NCBI GenBank assembly: GCA_973895155.1
Contig: OZ316896.1
Span: 7,199,078-7,263,077 of the forward strand
Direction of reading: 5' to 3'
From: Marsupella aquatica
Taxonomy: Eukaryota; Plantae; Marchantiophyta
DNA length: 64,000 bases
Positions 1 through 11,856 of this stretch are shown here, piece by piece (positions within the stretch are counted from its first letter, which is position 1; each line of letters begins with the position of its first letter). The notes beneath the pieces were generated by a model. It saw only the letters and a list, made by a program, of their open reading frames with translations, was not told where the DNA came from and searched no databases. Position numbers and translations under genes: made by a program.

Positions 1-1754
1 TACCTCTGACCGATTGACCGTTAGTGGCGGCGGCACTGACCGCGGTGGCAATAGCCAAGTCTACTGACCAAAATCTAGTTTGTTGATGGACTCTATCCTA
101 TGTCAACCGATCCTAACTGATTCTGTCCTAATGCTTCCTATTGTGCCGCTAATCGATGCCTAATGACAACCATTCTGTCGTTAAGCCTAATCAAAAAGAT
201 GTTGTTGACTCAACTACCCCGCGCGGTGCTTGCTCACATCCTCTACTAACCACCCCTTACGTGTGTGCTGTGGTCGGGCCAGGGTTTGTCCCCTTTTCGG
301 GACAAGACCTCGAGCCGCCTTGATCAGAGGCGGGCCCAGGTCTTGCCCGCTGGAGGACGAGCAGAGTAATGCGGTCCTGCAAGGCCTTGTTGTCCCATAC
401 CGCCTCTTTTGCCTTGTTTGCAGCTTCATCGGCCTTGCTTAGGAGCCTTGCTACCTCCAGGTTGAGCTGGCCGATGGAGTCACAATGGGTCTGGTCCTGC
501 GCCAGCAATTTATCTCGCTCGGCGGAGAGACTAGCCACATGCTGAGCTGATTGCAGGAGTTGGTTGTTGAGGTCGGACAGGCTGGTAACCCGAGCCGAGG
601 ATTCTGAGCGCAACTGAAGCACGGTGTTGTCCCGCTTCTTGAGATCTGCTTGCGCCGTGCTCAACTCTTGGCTTAGTCCATCCCGTTGTTCAACAGTGTG
701 GACTAACTCCTCACGACGGGTAGTGGCCTCTTCTTCAAGGTGTTCCACTAGCATTTGGAGGCGCCCGATCTCGTTCCCCTTTGCCATGAGTTCTTCCTCC
801 AAGGGGCTTACGATCCGCGGTTGGTGCTCTAACATGAAGAAGGCTGGTTGGAAGTACGCCATGACTTGTTGTCCGATGTATGTCGCCAGCTCCCCTGACA
901 TAGTCTGGCTAAACTTCTAGACCAGGTCGTAGGCCATGGTCCCTGGGGCTACTTGGTAGTCCTCCATCCTCTCGGGCACCGGTGGTTCCTCGGGCGGGGG
1001 GGGCGAGCTCCTCCGTAGTCTGCAATGGGGAGGGGAAGGTTTCTTTAGGTGGTGGAGGGATTGGGGGTGGTTGTACCGGGGGTAGCGAAGGCTTGACGGA
1101 AGGGGGTGGCGGAATTTCAACAGGAGGAGGTGACGGAGTATTAGTCGGGGCTCGGGGTTTGCCTGAGGCGTGGTAGTTTGCTCGCTCGAGGTAGCCTCCT
1201 CGGGAGCGGGGGTGGCGCTAGTCAGGGCTGAGGTGGCCATGTTCTTTCCCCTTGCCTCCCGCCGCGCTTTGTACTAGGCAAGGATGTTGGCGATGTGACT
1301 TCCTACGTAGGTCCTTCCCCCGATAGCCATACCTCCTTGAGCTTGCTTAAGCTGCCCCGAGAACCTACGGTAAAAGAATTGGGCCTAGTTCCGCCGTTTG
1401 TACTATTCCACCTATACGATTGTATAGAGGGAGATCTTGGATTGTGGCTCAATCATGTGTAGGGTAGTCCGTATGAAGTTAAGCCGCTCCATATAGACCA
1501 AGTTGGTGCAGGACCCTTGCTTGTACCCGTTGTCTGTCTTACCCTCTGGTTTGAAGTGCCGAGGTGTATACTCCTTATCCCAAATTTGGAGTTCAACCAA
1601 AATCGGCCTGGTTGGCAGACAAAAGATCTGTGCCAACCGATGCTCCGTGAGTGATAAGGTATGTCTTGAAACCTTGGTGGTAGATGTGTTAGTGTTGAAG
1701 TTGGATATGAACTCACAAACCTAGCTCCCTTGGTCCGGCTGCATTAGGTCTCCA

Positions 1755-3843
1755 TAGCAAGTGAGCAAACTACTAGATGCTAGTGGCATGCCTTTGCTCC
1801 TTGGGGACACCATTCAGTTTACAGAGAGGGAGGTGAAGGTGCATCTTTCCCACATGCAACATGGGAAAGCTAAAGATCTGTTGGGCCTGAACTTGGAGCT
1901 TCTTTTGTGGGGAGGACCCTCTTTACTAACAAACTTGGTGCATGAGCTGAATCAAGCAATGGCTTTAGGTTTACCTAAAGCTTGGATGACCAGAAGAGTG
2001 GTGCCTATCTTCAAGGCAGGCAACAAGGACGATGTGCACAACTACAAAACCATCATGGTAGGCAATACTTTTGCTAAAGTTTTGGGAGGACTACTTGAAG
2101 CCAGATTAAGCTCTTGGTTGGAGAGTGAGATGAAAAGGGCACCTTCACAAGCAGGTTTTAGGAGAGAATTCAGCACTATGGATCACATTCTCTGCTTGAG
2201 GGTGTTGTGTGAAAAGGCCAAATCTCCACATAAACCATTATTTTGCTTGTTTGTGGACTTCTCCAAGGCCTTTGACAAAGTTTCCCGATCCAAGCTTTGG
2301 GATAGGATGGTGGAGTTGGAAGTGCCTGAAGAGCTCAGGTTGGCTGTTTCTAAATTGTACCAAGAAGTGCGCATCAAACTTTCAAAGGAAACCTCTGAAG
2401 AAATCTGGAGCACTCTTTGGGTGATCCAAGGTTGTCCTCTCTCACCAACTCTCTTTGGCATCTTCATTGATCAGCTACACAACATTTTGGAGGAGCATGG
2501 TGGAGTTGGCACTCAATTGGGTAGGTTTGTCCTCCAACTTCTTATATTTGCAGATGATGTGGTCCTACTTGCTCATGCTCAAGAAGCTTTGCAAAGGCAT
2601 CTCAATGCCTTGGAGGAGTTTTGTCAAGCAACAGGGATGGTAGTCAACCTCAAGAAGACCAAGTGTTTGGGCATTGGCACACGACAAAATCCAGAGCTCT
2701 ACTTCCAAGGGAATCTGGTGGAATTTGTGAGGACCTACAAATACCTTGGGGTGGAGTTCTCTCAAAACTTGAGTTGGGCCTCATGTGTAAAATCTAGGGC
2801 TGCCAATGGGTACAGAGCTTTTTATGCATTCATGAACAAATGCAAAAGAGCTGGTCTACACACTTGGAGGTTAAGGAAACATCTATTTGGAGCTTTGGTG
2901 AAACCAGTCATTCTTTATGGAGCACCAATTTGGGGAGCAGGTGTGTCTAAATCTGGGTGGCAACAGATTGAGGGGCTGCAAAAGCTATTTATTGAGATGG
3001 AGCTTGGGATCAAGTCACAAACCCCATATGCACTTACACTTGCAGAGGCAGGCTTGTTTCCTTTGGAGGTGGAGGCACTCTTCCACACACTCAAATACAT
3101 CATGCGTGTAAGAGAGTTGGAGGAAAACAGATTTCCTTTTCATGCCTTGCGCTCATCTTCAGCTACAGGGTGGTATGCAGATGTGTGCAGGTGGGCCCAT
3201 GCTTGGGATTTTCCTGAACATGAATGGCCAACACACCCAACCAAGCTAGGAGCAAAACTTGAGCAAAAGGCTTTGCACAAACTTTGGCATGAACCTAGCC
3301 CACGGCAGCAATACTACATGAGAGATGTGAACCCCATGAAGAAATATCGAGAACAAGAATACTTATCTAGCACTATCTCAGTACAACTTAGACAACTTAT
3401 TGCTCAGTATAGACTAAGCTCACACCACCTTGAAGTAGAAGAAGGGAGATGGAAGGATATTGACAGGAAAAAGAGGGTTTGTCAACTATGTGATAGCTCT
3501 AGTATAGAGAATGAATATCATGTATTCATTGCTTGCAAGTTTTATGAGGGGGTTAGGATGGCATCTCAAATCTTGGTGAAAGATTTGTATGCATTGTTTG
3601 GTCTGCCCCCTCAGCAACTTGGAAGATATATCTTTGCGGTGGATAGGGAAAGGAGAATAGGTTTGGAAAATCTTTCAGGGCTCTCTAGGTCCATAGTTTC
3701 TTTGAGGACATAGTTGTCCTCTTCTGAGCAATCTCTTTTGGTTGCTCTTTTCTTTGATTGCATTGTACTTTACTTTTTGTGGCAGCTCCTTTGACTTTCA
3801 TGGTCCCGGAGCTTATAATACATTACCATTACCATTACCATTA
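1755..3843 (+). mobile_element. 5'-truncated non-LTR retrotransposon (RTE/RTEX-like LINE), copy 1
   Basis: RT ORF, about 110-bp 3' UTR, (CATTAC)4 tail at 3821-3844, and probable TSD ctcca at 1750-1754 and 3844-3848. Confidence 0.9.
1761..3713 (+). CDS. LINE reverse transcriptase with C-terminal CCHC zinc finger (endonuclease lost by 5' truncation)
   Basis: Motifs QAGFR, FVDFSKAFD, QGCPLSPTLF, FADD, YKYLG, and RLSSHHLEVEEGR..CQLC..ENEYHVFIAC. Confidence 0.92.
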   Translation: MSKLLDASGMPLLLGDTIQFTEREVKVHLSHMQHGKAKDLLGLNLELLLWGGPSLLTNLVHELNQAMALGLPKAWMTRRVVPIFKAGNKDDVHNYKTIMVGNTFAKVLGGLLEARLSSWLESEMKRAPSQAGFRREFSTMDHILCLRVLCEKAKSPHKPLFCLFVDFSKAFDKVSRSKLWDRMVELEVPEELRLAVSKLYQEVRIKLSKETSEEIWSTLWVIQGCPLSPTLFGIFIDQLHNILEEHGGVGTQLGRFVLQLLIFADDVVLLAHAQEALQRHLNALEEFCQATGMVVNLKKTKCLGIGTRQNPELYFQGNLVEFVRTYKYLGVEFSQNLSWASCVKSRAANGYRAFYAFMNKCKRAGLHTWRLRKHLFGALVKPVILYGAPIWGAGVSKSGWQQIEGLQKLFIEMELGIKSQTPYALTLAEAGLFPLEVEALFHTLKYIMRVRELEENRFPFHALRSSSATGWYADVCRWAHAWDFPEHEWPTHPTKLGAKLEQKALHKLWHEPSPRQQYYMRDVNPMKKYREQEYLSSTISVQLRQLIAQYRLSSHHLEVEEGRWKDIDRKKRVCQLCDSSSIENEYHVFIACKFYEGVRMASQILVKDLYALFGLPPQQLGRYIFAVDRERRIGLENLSGLSRSIVSLRT

Positions 3844-3979
3844 CTCCAACTGATGCTCCTTGAGATAGTCCGCGTGGTCTCGTTTCTTGATCGCTAGCAG
3901 AGGAGGGGCCCAAAATCCCAAGGGTCAAGGAGCTATATATCAACGAGGAGGGGTCCAAAATCCCAAGGCTGTAAGGGTC

Positions 3980-6900
3980 AAGGAACAATTCGGGAGAAAT
4001 GTATCCTCGGATTATTCAGAATCCGTCAGTACCTCCTAGGCCGAATGTGCAAAGATTTGCGGCATGTTATAATTGTGGTCAACCTGGCCATTTTGCTAGA
4101 GAATGCCCGAATGCATGCAAACGAGGTGATGGACAACCAGCTCAGCTATGTATGGGATGCCAACAGGAGGGTCACATGCTAGGACAATGTCCTACTTGGT
4201 TGGCAGGACTTGCCGCAAATCATAAGCTCTTACCGGTCAAGGTCTTGCCTCCGGGTACTACCCCAGGAGGAGTTCAAATCAACCACAGAGGATTTGGATC
4301 ATAATTGCTACCGGGTCTCTACTCGATCCACCAGAAGGAAGGAAAGGTGGGATGGGCTGGCCAAAAATAAAGGGAAGGTTAAAGAAGAAAAGATTGACTC
4401 TTTGTCAACATCAACAGAAGGAGAAGGAAGGGCGCCGACAACACAGGTAAGCCATGAGCCCACCAGTGAGCCCAATCCTTCACAGGACAGCGACTTCAAT
4501 CAAGACCACCCTAAGTTGTTTTACCCCTCTATTACGGCTAGTGTTAAGGAACAACTGCGAGAATTGGAAACCCTGGAGAATACCGAAGCCATAGCCAAGG
4601 ATGTGAAACGAGCAAAAGTGTTGTTTGCTTTGGAGGATCCAAGGGCTATGGAAACTAGCGTGAAAAAACAGGCCAAAGCCAATACAAAGACACCGGCAGA
4701 AGAGAAGCCGATAGTCCCCAATGACTTGGCTAAAGATGTACTAGAATCTAGAGTCTCGGCAACAGTAGGTCAACTATTGAAAAATAGCCCGTACTTCCGG
4801 AAGCAGTTAAGGAAAGCCATTCTTGGCAAGCCGAGATTACCCAAGGTAGCAACCAGATCCGACGTGCTGATGATAGAAGAAGATCAAGGAGCCCCAGCAT
4901 TACCATTAATGATTCAAGGAGAAATATTACTAAGGGTACCCATCGATGGAGGATCAGGGGTATGTATTATGATTGATTCAACAGCAAAAGGATGGGGACT
5001 AACGCCGGAGATGACTGGAAGAGTGTTGAACATGGCCAATGGGTATCAGGTCATTCCCACGGGAGTGTTAACCGGCATCAAGACTGAGATAGGAGGGATC
5101 TTCTTTAGCATTAACTATGTAGTAATGAAGCCGGTAAACCCTACGTCATTTCGGCTATTGATTGGCAGGCCATGGCTGTATCTAGCCAAGGTAATAGAAG
5201 ATTCGGGGAAGAAGGAGTTCACTTTTGGAACCCCCGCTATCACGGTATCTTGGGACACCAAGGATGACCGTAGGAGAAGCATCAGGGAGGTAGACGGGTA
5301 TGACAGTGGACTGGAGTCAGTAGATGAGGTACGTTGGCTAGAATGCCTCACTAACCTGACCGAAGAAAGTATCTTTGGACCAGAAGTATCCCCCAGCGGA
5401 CTATGGCAAGAACCTATGGAGAGTGGCTTGGAGGAATGTGAAGACAAAACCGAGGACTGCTTTGCCATAGAGTCCACCTTTTTAGCTTCAATTCCGGAGG
5501 AAGCACAAAAAGTGGACCAATTGGATGAAACGGCTAAGTGGGGAGCAGCAACCGAGCCAGTGGATTTTCCTCAAGCGTTGTGGCAGAGCCGGCAGGATCC
5601 ACAATGCCGTCTATCATCGGCAATAAATTAAATACCAAGGAATCGGCATACAAGCCGATTACGAGGGTAGAACGAATTGAGGCCCTATTAGAAGCCGGAA
5701 GAGCACAGCGACCTGACCCTCAGGAGGTAGGAATGGATGAGATACACAGAAACAAGCCAGAGCCAAGGCCGGAAGGGAAGCCGACCACCAATTCAAAACC
5801 GAATAGTCCGGCAAGGGGACACTCTGCGGATAACCAGGGAGAAACCGACTCGGCTAGTACGGCCGAGATTCCAGTTTATGGAGGTATGAGACTGGAGAGG
5901 CTGGAAGCCGAATTGGACCCAAACTTGAAGAAGCAGATTAATATGATCCAAGCACGGCAATACCGAAAGCTCGACTTAGGAGAAGGAAGGGAACTGAACT
6001 TAGGACAGGACCTAGCACCTGAGCTTGAGAAAGAAATCAGTGAATTACTGTTTGAATTTCAGGATGTGTTCGCATGGAGTCACCAAGACTTGAAGGGAGT
6101 AGACCCAAAATTAGGAGAACATCAAATTGATCTCATGTTAGGGGCCAATCATTTCGACAACCAATTCGAAGGATGAACCCTAAGTATTCCATGGTCAAAA
6201 CTGAAATTGACAAACTAGTGGAAGCCGGATTCATCACTCCAGTCCTACATTCAGACTGGGTGTCTCCAATTGTGATAGTTCCCAAGAAAGCTGGACCCGA
6301 TGGTAAACCCAAGATCCGGGTTTGTCAGGATTACAAGAAGTTGAATGAGGCTACGTTAAAGGACCATTTTCCTTTACCCTTTACTGATATGGTACTAGAC
6401 ATGGTAGCCGATCATGAATTATACTCATTCATGGATGGGTACTCTGGAGGACCAAATCAAGACGGCCTTCATCATGGAATGGGGGATCTATGTCTTCAAT
6501 CGTATGCCGTTTGGACTCTGTAACGCACTAGCTATGTTCCAATGATTATTGGTGAACATTTTCCATGACTACTTGAGAAAGTTCACGGAAATCTTCATCG
6601 ATGACTTTGCAGTATTTGGGAAAGCATCGAAACATGCTAAATACCTAAGGAAGACCTTCATGAGATGCAGAGAGGTAGGTCTCAAGTTACACCCAGATAA
6701 ATGTTTCTTTGGAGTAATAGAGGGTGTACTGCTAGGGCACAAAGTATCGAAGAAGGGCATTGAGATTGACAAGGGTAAGCTAGCAGTATGGCTTGATATC
6801 ATGCAACCTAAAAACATAAAGGATGTGAGATCCTTCTTGGGGTGCATTGGGTATTATCACCGGTTCATCAAGGATTTTTCCAAGCTAGCTTTACCATTAA

Positions 6901-7907
6901 CCAACATGCTCAAGGCAAGCGCAGACTTTGAACCCAGAGCAGAAAGAGTAATAGCTGTGGTGGAATTAAAGCAAAAGTTAGTGGAGGCCCCAGTCATGAT
7001 AGCACCAGACTGGAACAAGGATTTTCATGTCTTCATAGATGTCTCAGGCTTCTGTATCGGCTCAGTACCAAGTCAGCTAGATGAGAAAGGAAGGGACCAT
7101 CCCATATACTTTACAAGCTGCCAGCTTGCCGATGCCGAACGGAACTACTCCACCACAGAAAGAGAAGCTTTAGGAGTCATTTATTCATGTAAAAAGTTTA
7201 GGCATTATTTTCTAGGGTCTGAATGATATAATTAATCGTTTAAATGAGCAGTATTTAGTTAGACATACACCTACTACTCCTTACCACCCAAAGGCAAATG
7301 GGTTGACAGAACAAGCCAATGGGATTATAGGAAAAATATTAAACAAGACTGTAGCTCAGAACAAACTCGATTGGGATGATAAATTGTTTGCTGCTATTTT
7401 TGCTTACAATTTAGCCTATAAATCCACTACCGGTCATACACTCTTTTTCTTAACCTTTGGGCAGGAAGCTCTGGTACCCATGAAACTTGAGATACCTACA
7501 TTTCAAATTACAATTGAGGAAAGAGTCTCTGAGGAGGAAAGCCTAAAGGAGCGAGAATATAGATTAGAAGCTTTAGAAGAAGCAAAAATGATTTCAGCCG
7601 AGAGAGTAGAATATAGACAGAATACCATGAAGCAGCAGTATGATAAAAGATTGAAACCAGTTAGTATCCACACAGGAGACTTGTATTACTTTATGATAGT
7701 AGGTATAGTAGGTTCCCAGGTAAACTTTACACTCGTTGGTTAGGACCCTTCAGGGTAAACATGAAGTTCTCCAATGGCTCCGTGCAATTGGCCAACATTA
7801 CTGGAGAAATATACCCAGTTCGCATTCATTACGACCGTCTCAAGAAATACTATATGGACAAAGATGAAGTTGTTCGCGAGGACGCTTCACAATTAAGTGG
7901 GGAGCTA
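3980..7907 (+). pseudogene. Family B Ty3/Gypsy copy B1: degenerate gag(3')-protease-RT-RNaseH-integrase
   Basis: CCHC knuckles (3999-4304), IDGGSG protease, FIDD RT and RNase H; frameshifted; deletion at ~7218 removes the end of RNase H and the start of integrase compared with copy B2. Confidence 0.92.
7893..7907 (+). other. Polypurine tract of B1
   Basis: ttaagtggggagcta immediately before the LTR start TGTGATGCCTAG. Confidence 0.8.
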
Positions 7908-9092
7908 TGTGATGCCTAGCCAGGAATCATTAGGCCAGTTAAAATAGTAAAATCAGGAGTGTACCCTAGGAAACACCTAAGTAGTATAGTAACAAAAACA
8001 GGGAAATATAAACAATTAAGGGTGACTATGGAACCCGAACCGAGGCCGAAAGTAAGGACGTCGGGGGAGGGAACACGATTAGGGCTAGGGCGCGCTAAGT
8101 ACCGGCGGCTATGGGTAACCAATGGGAAGGAAGACCAGCCAAGGGGGGGTAAGGACCGATCGCAAGGAATGGCGGCTCATTTGCAAGCACGAGCTGTCAC
8201 GTCGTAGGCTTCGGCCTTAACTCAGACTTCAGCTTAGACGGGCACATCCCTCGTAAATCTGAGGGTTTGGGCAGGAAGGGAAGCACGTAATGCACCTTAT
8301 TCTCGTAAACTAGCGCTAAGTGCGCATACTGCTAAATACAGACACCTCCTAGGTATGGTTTGTGTTCCGCCGCCGGAACGTACCTTAGTCGATAGCAAGA
8401 TCGACCCCGGCTTAAGGGCTTCTAAGCCTTCGTGCTGTCCGCCTTCGATCCGGATTCGATGATACAGGTCCTCAACCCGTGCTCGCAACCACTTACCCGC
8501 AGGCTGCACCCTGTGCACGTCTCGGGTAGTGCGTTCGGCCCGGCGCTGCCACCCATATACGAGAAACCCACACACATATGCGCACACATGCATACAATCT
8601 CGATTTACACGAAGGAAAAATGATGGGAAAGGATTTTACTACAAAGGGAACATATGCGTACACTTAGTTGACACGACAGCCCTGGAATGCACAGGTTCAA
8701 GGCCAAGAGTGCACACTACAACGGAGCCCGGCTCCGCACTCGCCCAGCGAGCTTAGTCCTACCCCCTCCCCTTGGTACTCTGTCATTCCCAGAGGTCGGG
8801 ACTCCCCGCATGTCCCGCGGATGTCCGACTCTGAAACTAAAACCCCCCCTTGCCTCTACCGAGGGGTGCACTAAATACTAAGAGCCAAGGAACGGGGCGT
8901 CCTCCTGCCGAAGATCCGCTGACCAAGGTCCTAACTAAGCTGACAGTCAGGCCGGAAAACGGCTGTGTCTTATTAGAAGATCCTAATCTACGCAGGCTGG
9001 ACAGCAGGGCAGCGCTGCTGTACCTAAGGCAGGTGCCTGTCCCAAGAGCCTGACTAAGCCAATCCTAATCCTAATCTATTCCTACTCCGCCG

Positions 9093-11748
9093 CTAATACC
9101 TGGCACGCTTGCCAGAGCCGCCCGAATGGGAACGGCCATCCCGCTGCCTTCGAAGCCTGTCATTGTCCGCTTTGAGGAGCTGGACCTGGTCTAGCAGAGA
9201 TTCGTTCTCTCGCCTCGCCGCGTCCGTCTCCTCTGCTGCCTCCTGACATGCCTCCTCCAGCTGCTGGGCATCGCTCGTCAGTTTACTCGCCAGCTGGTCC
9301 TGCTTCTCGGCCTCGGTTTGGAGCCGCGCCATCTCGGCCTGCAGCGTGGCTATCTCCGTTGCGTCCCGCTGGGCTCGCTCCTCGGCCTCCTCCAGGTCTT
9401 TCTGCCAGGTGACAGCTTGTTTCTTCAAACTGTCAATCTGGTTCCGGAGTCGTGTAATCTCGGCCTCGTTCCCAGCTTTGGCCTGTTCGGCTAGGGCGGT
9501 AAGAGCGTACGCCTTTGCTAACAACTCATCGGCGGCTGCAACCTTGGGTCGTAGTTGCAGAAGCTCAGCCTCTTGAGCCGCCACTTCGTTCTTTAGGTAC
9601 ACGGACTCCACCCGGTACCGCTCTATCCTCTGAAGGGCCTCCGACTGGGCCCGACCTGCCTTTACGGCGGCAACCAACTCCTGATTGAAGAAACAGGCTA
9701 CCTTCCGGGCCATGAACTCCCCGGTATCCCGGGCAATTTGATGAGAGAAATCTCCTAGAAGCCCGTTCAGAAACGTACCCTGTACGAAGAGTTCTGGGTG
9801 GTCCAAGTTGTGCCTGTCCGGATTTGGGCACGGGCAGACATCAACACGCGCAGGGGCCGGGGCAGTGACGTCCAGCCCTGGGGACATAACGTTGGAAGGG
9901 GCTGGAGTGTCCTCCTGCAGCGATGTCCGGTTCTCCGGAATTGCCACCGGCGGGTCCTTGGGAGACCCGGGTTCGGGTAAGACCTCTGCCGTACCAACTT
10001 CTGTACTTAGCCTGGCTAGTTGGGTCGCATCAACGGTTGCGATGACCGACCCCTCCGGCGCCTCCTCGGTTACGATTACAGCTATTTGTGGAGGTGGGGT
10101 GGGTGAAGCTGGCGTGTCCACTGGACTTCGGGCCTCGGGTTGGGGCCGTCTCTCCAATGCCGGAAAAACCCACCTAGCTGGGACCAGCTTTGTAACGTTG
10201 ATGCGGGGAAGGGTTCGTCGATCAAACCGGGCGTACCACTCAAGAATGATTTCGATGTGGCTAGCGAAATACGCTTTCCCGCCAATGTACAGCGTCTTCC
10301 TTCGCCGCTCCATCTCTTCATGGAATTTCTTAGCGAAGTACGACGCCCATTTCCTAGGTCGATAGTTCTCGACCTGGATGACCTGGGCGGCGGAGATCTC
10401 CCCCCGGGGTTCCATCATGTGGAGAGCGTACCTCTGGAACTCCAGCCGCTCAGCTATCTCGGGCATGAGGCAGGTCCTCATCACGAACCCGTTGTCCACT
10501 GATCCCTCTGAGGGAAAACTTGAAGATTGGTACTTGGCCCCCTTGCCCCCGGGAGCCCGTGATTCGACTCGATGGTCACCTTCGGGTAACCCGAAGATCA
10601 TCTTGAGTCGTTCTTCTGTGAGGGACATATTCCTTCCCCGCAGCCGAGTCTGTTGACGTACGTCGTCATAATTCTTGATGAATTCTGTCATGTCCTCCCC
10701 GTAGTACCTGCAAGTGTTCCAGGGGAGAGAGGCGAGGTGCTCAAATCCCTGAGTCTTCAGGTACACCGCATGCTTGGGATGGAGGATGTTGCTGTGAACG
10801 TTTTCCCCCATGCGATGCATCGTTACCTTGGCTACGGCTACCGTGGCCAACGGTAACCCGGATGCACTGGCGGATTCCTTCCTCTTCTTTCCCCGTGACT
10901 GACTCGGGGAAGGTGATACTTCCCCATCCTCCCGATCGGGCCTGGGGAGTGCCACCGCGGTTGGTAACGGGCCCGGGGCGGCCACGGTCACCATGTTGTC
11001 TGCTGGGGCCGCTCCTGGGGTCAGAGCAGGGGGTGGGGACGATATAGTGTCGGCCCCCCGAGCGCTCACTAACCTTATTGGCCTCCCAAGTGTGAGGAAG
11101 GATCTGTGGGGTAGCCTCGTCGTCATCGCTAAGATCCACAGCGTTGATGACGGAGCGTACCTGTGCTGGCTGGGTGATAGGTGGTGGGGTTTGGCTAGGC
11201 CGCGGCTGAGGCTGAAGCTGAAGCTGAGGTTGCATGGGCACGGGTACGGGTACGGGTACGGGTCCGACTGAGTTGGTCATGTTGGTTGATGGCCGAGTTC
11301 CCATGAAGCTCTATAGGTGCTGGTAGAAGTTCTCCGAAGCGAGTGCGGACGCCCTTGTCGAACAGTTGGTACTGGACTCGCCGTTAATGACAGCCCGAAC
11401 CTGGGCAGGGATGTGGTCGAAGTGATGTCGCTGCAGGTCAATTGTACCCGGGATATTGAAGACCTCGTCCGGAAGCCGAAGCAATGCTTCCCAGAACCCG
11501 ATATATTTGTCTCCGTTGAAGAAGTACCCACATACCTCAGCTGGTCGGTAAAGCTCGCTCTGAGACGGGTAGTCAAAGTTAAGGACGTAGTGGTGTCGTC
11601 CTGCTAGGCGGATGGCTCTCTCGTATTCGTGTTCGATCTCGTATTGGCGCGGGTTGGCGTGTTTCAATGAATCGGCCAAGTGCCTTCCGGTAGATAGGAA
11701 CTGCGTCCAGAATTGAATGGCCGAGCTGGAGAGGATCGTGTGCGACAT
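9093..11748 (-). pseudogene. Family C LTR-encoded protein (~880 aa consensus): globular domain plus C-terminal coiled coil
   Basis: ORFs 11311-11748 and 10741-11304 are in frame across one stop (CAG in C2); a frameshift near 11100 leads into 9093-11126. Confidence 0.85.
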
Positions 11749-11848
11749 TCAGAGGAGATAGTAGTGGCGACCTAGAGAGAACGAGAGAGCTGGGGTCGAA
11801 GCTGGCGCGCGGACTGATGGACTGGTGCACTACAAAGGGTTGGCTCCC

Positions 11849-11856
11849 CTTTTATA
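11849..11856 (-). promoter_or_regulatory. Candidate TATA box upstream of the C LTR ORF
   Basis: TATAAAAG about 100 nt upstream of ATG 11748; conserved in C2 at 35779-35785. Confidence 0.5.

Larger units (their letters stand above)
257..3900 (-). pseudogene. Family A: degenerate accessory ORF homologous to the family C/B LTR proteins, split by the LINE at 1755-3843
   Basis: ORF pieces 1412-1636 (IFCLP..DNGY..C..ERLNF.R..LHMIEP..IS) and 257-901 (coiled coil) align by eye to 9093-11126. The right LINE flank reads PLLAIKKRDHADYLKEHQL, similar to C LHPKHAVYLKTQGF. Confidence 0.75.

Noticed and set aside
3821-3844. (CATTAC)n as a telomeric repeat
   Set aside because: Always attached to the LINE 3' UTR and not the plant TTTAGGG motif; it is the LINE tail.
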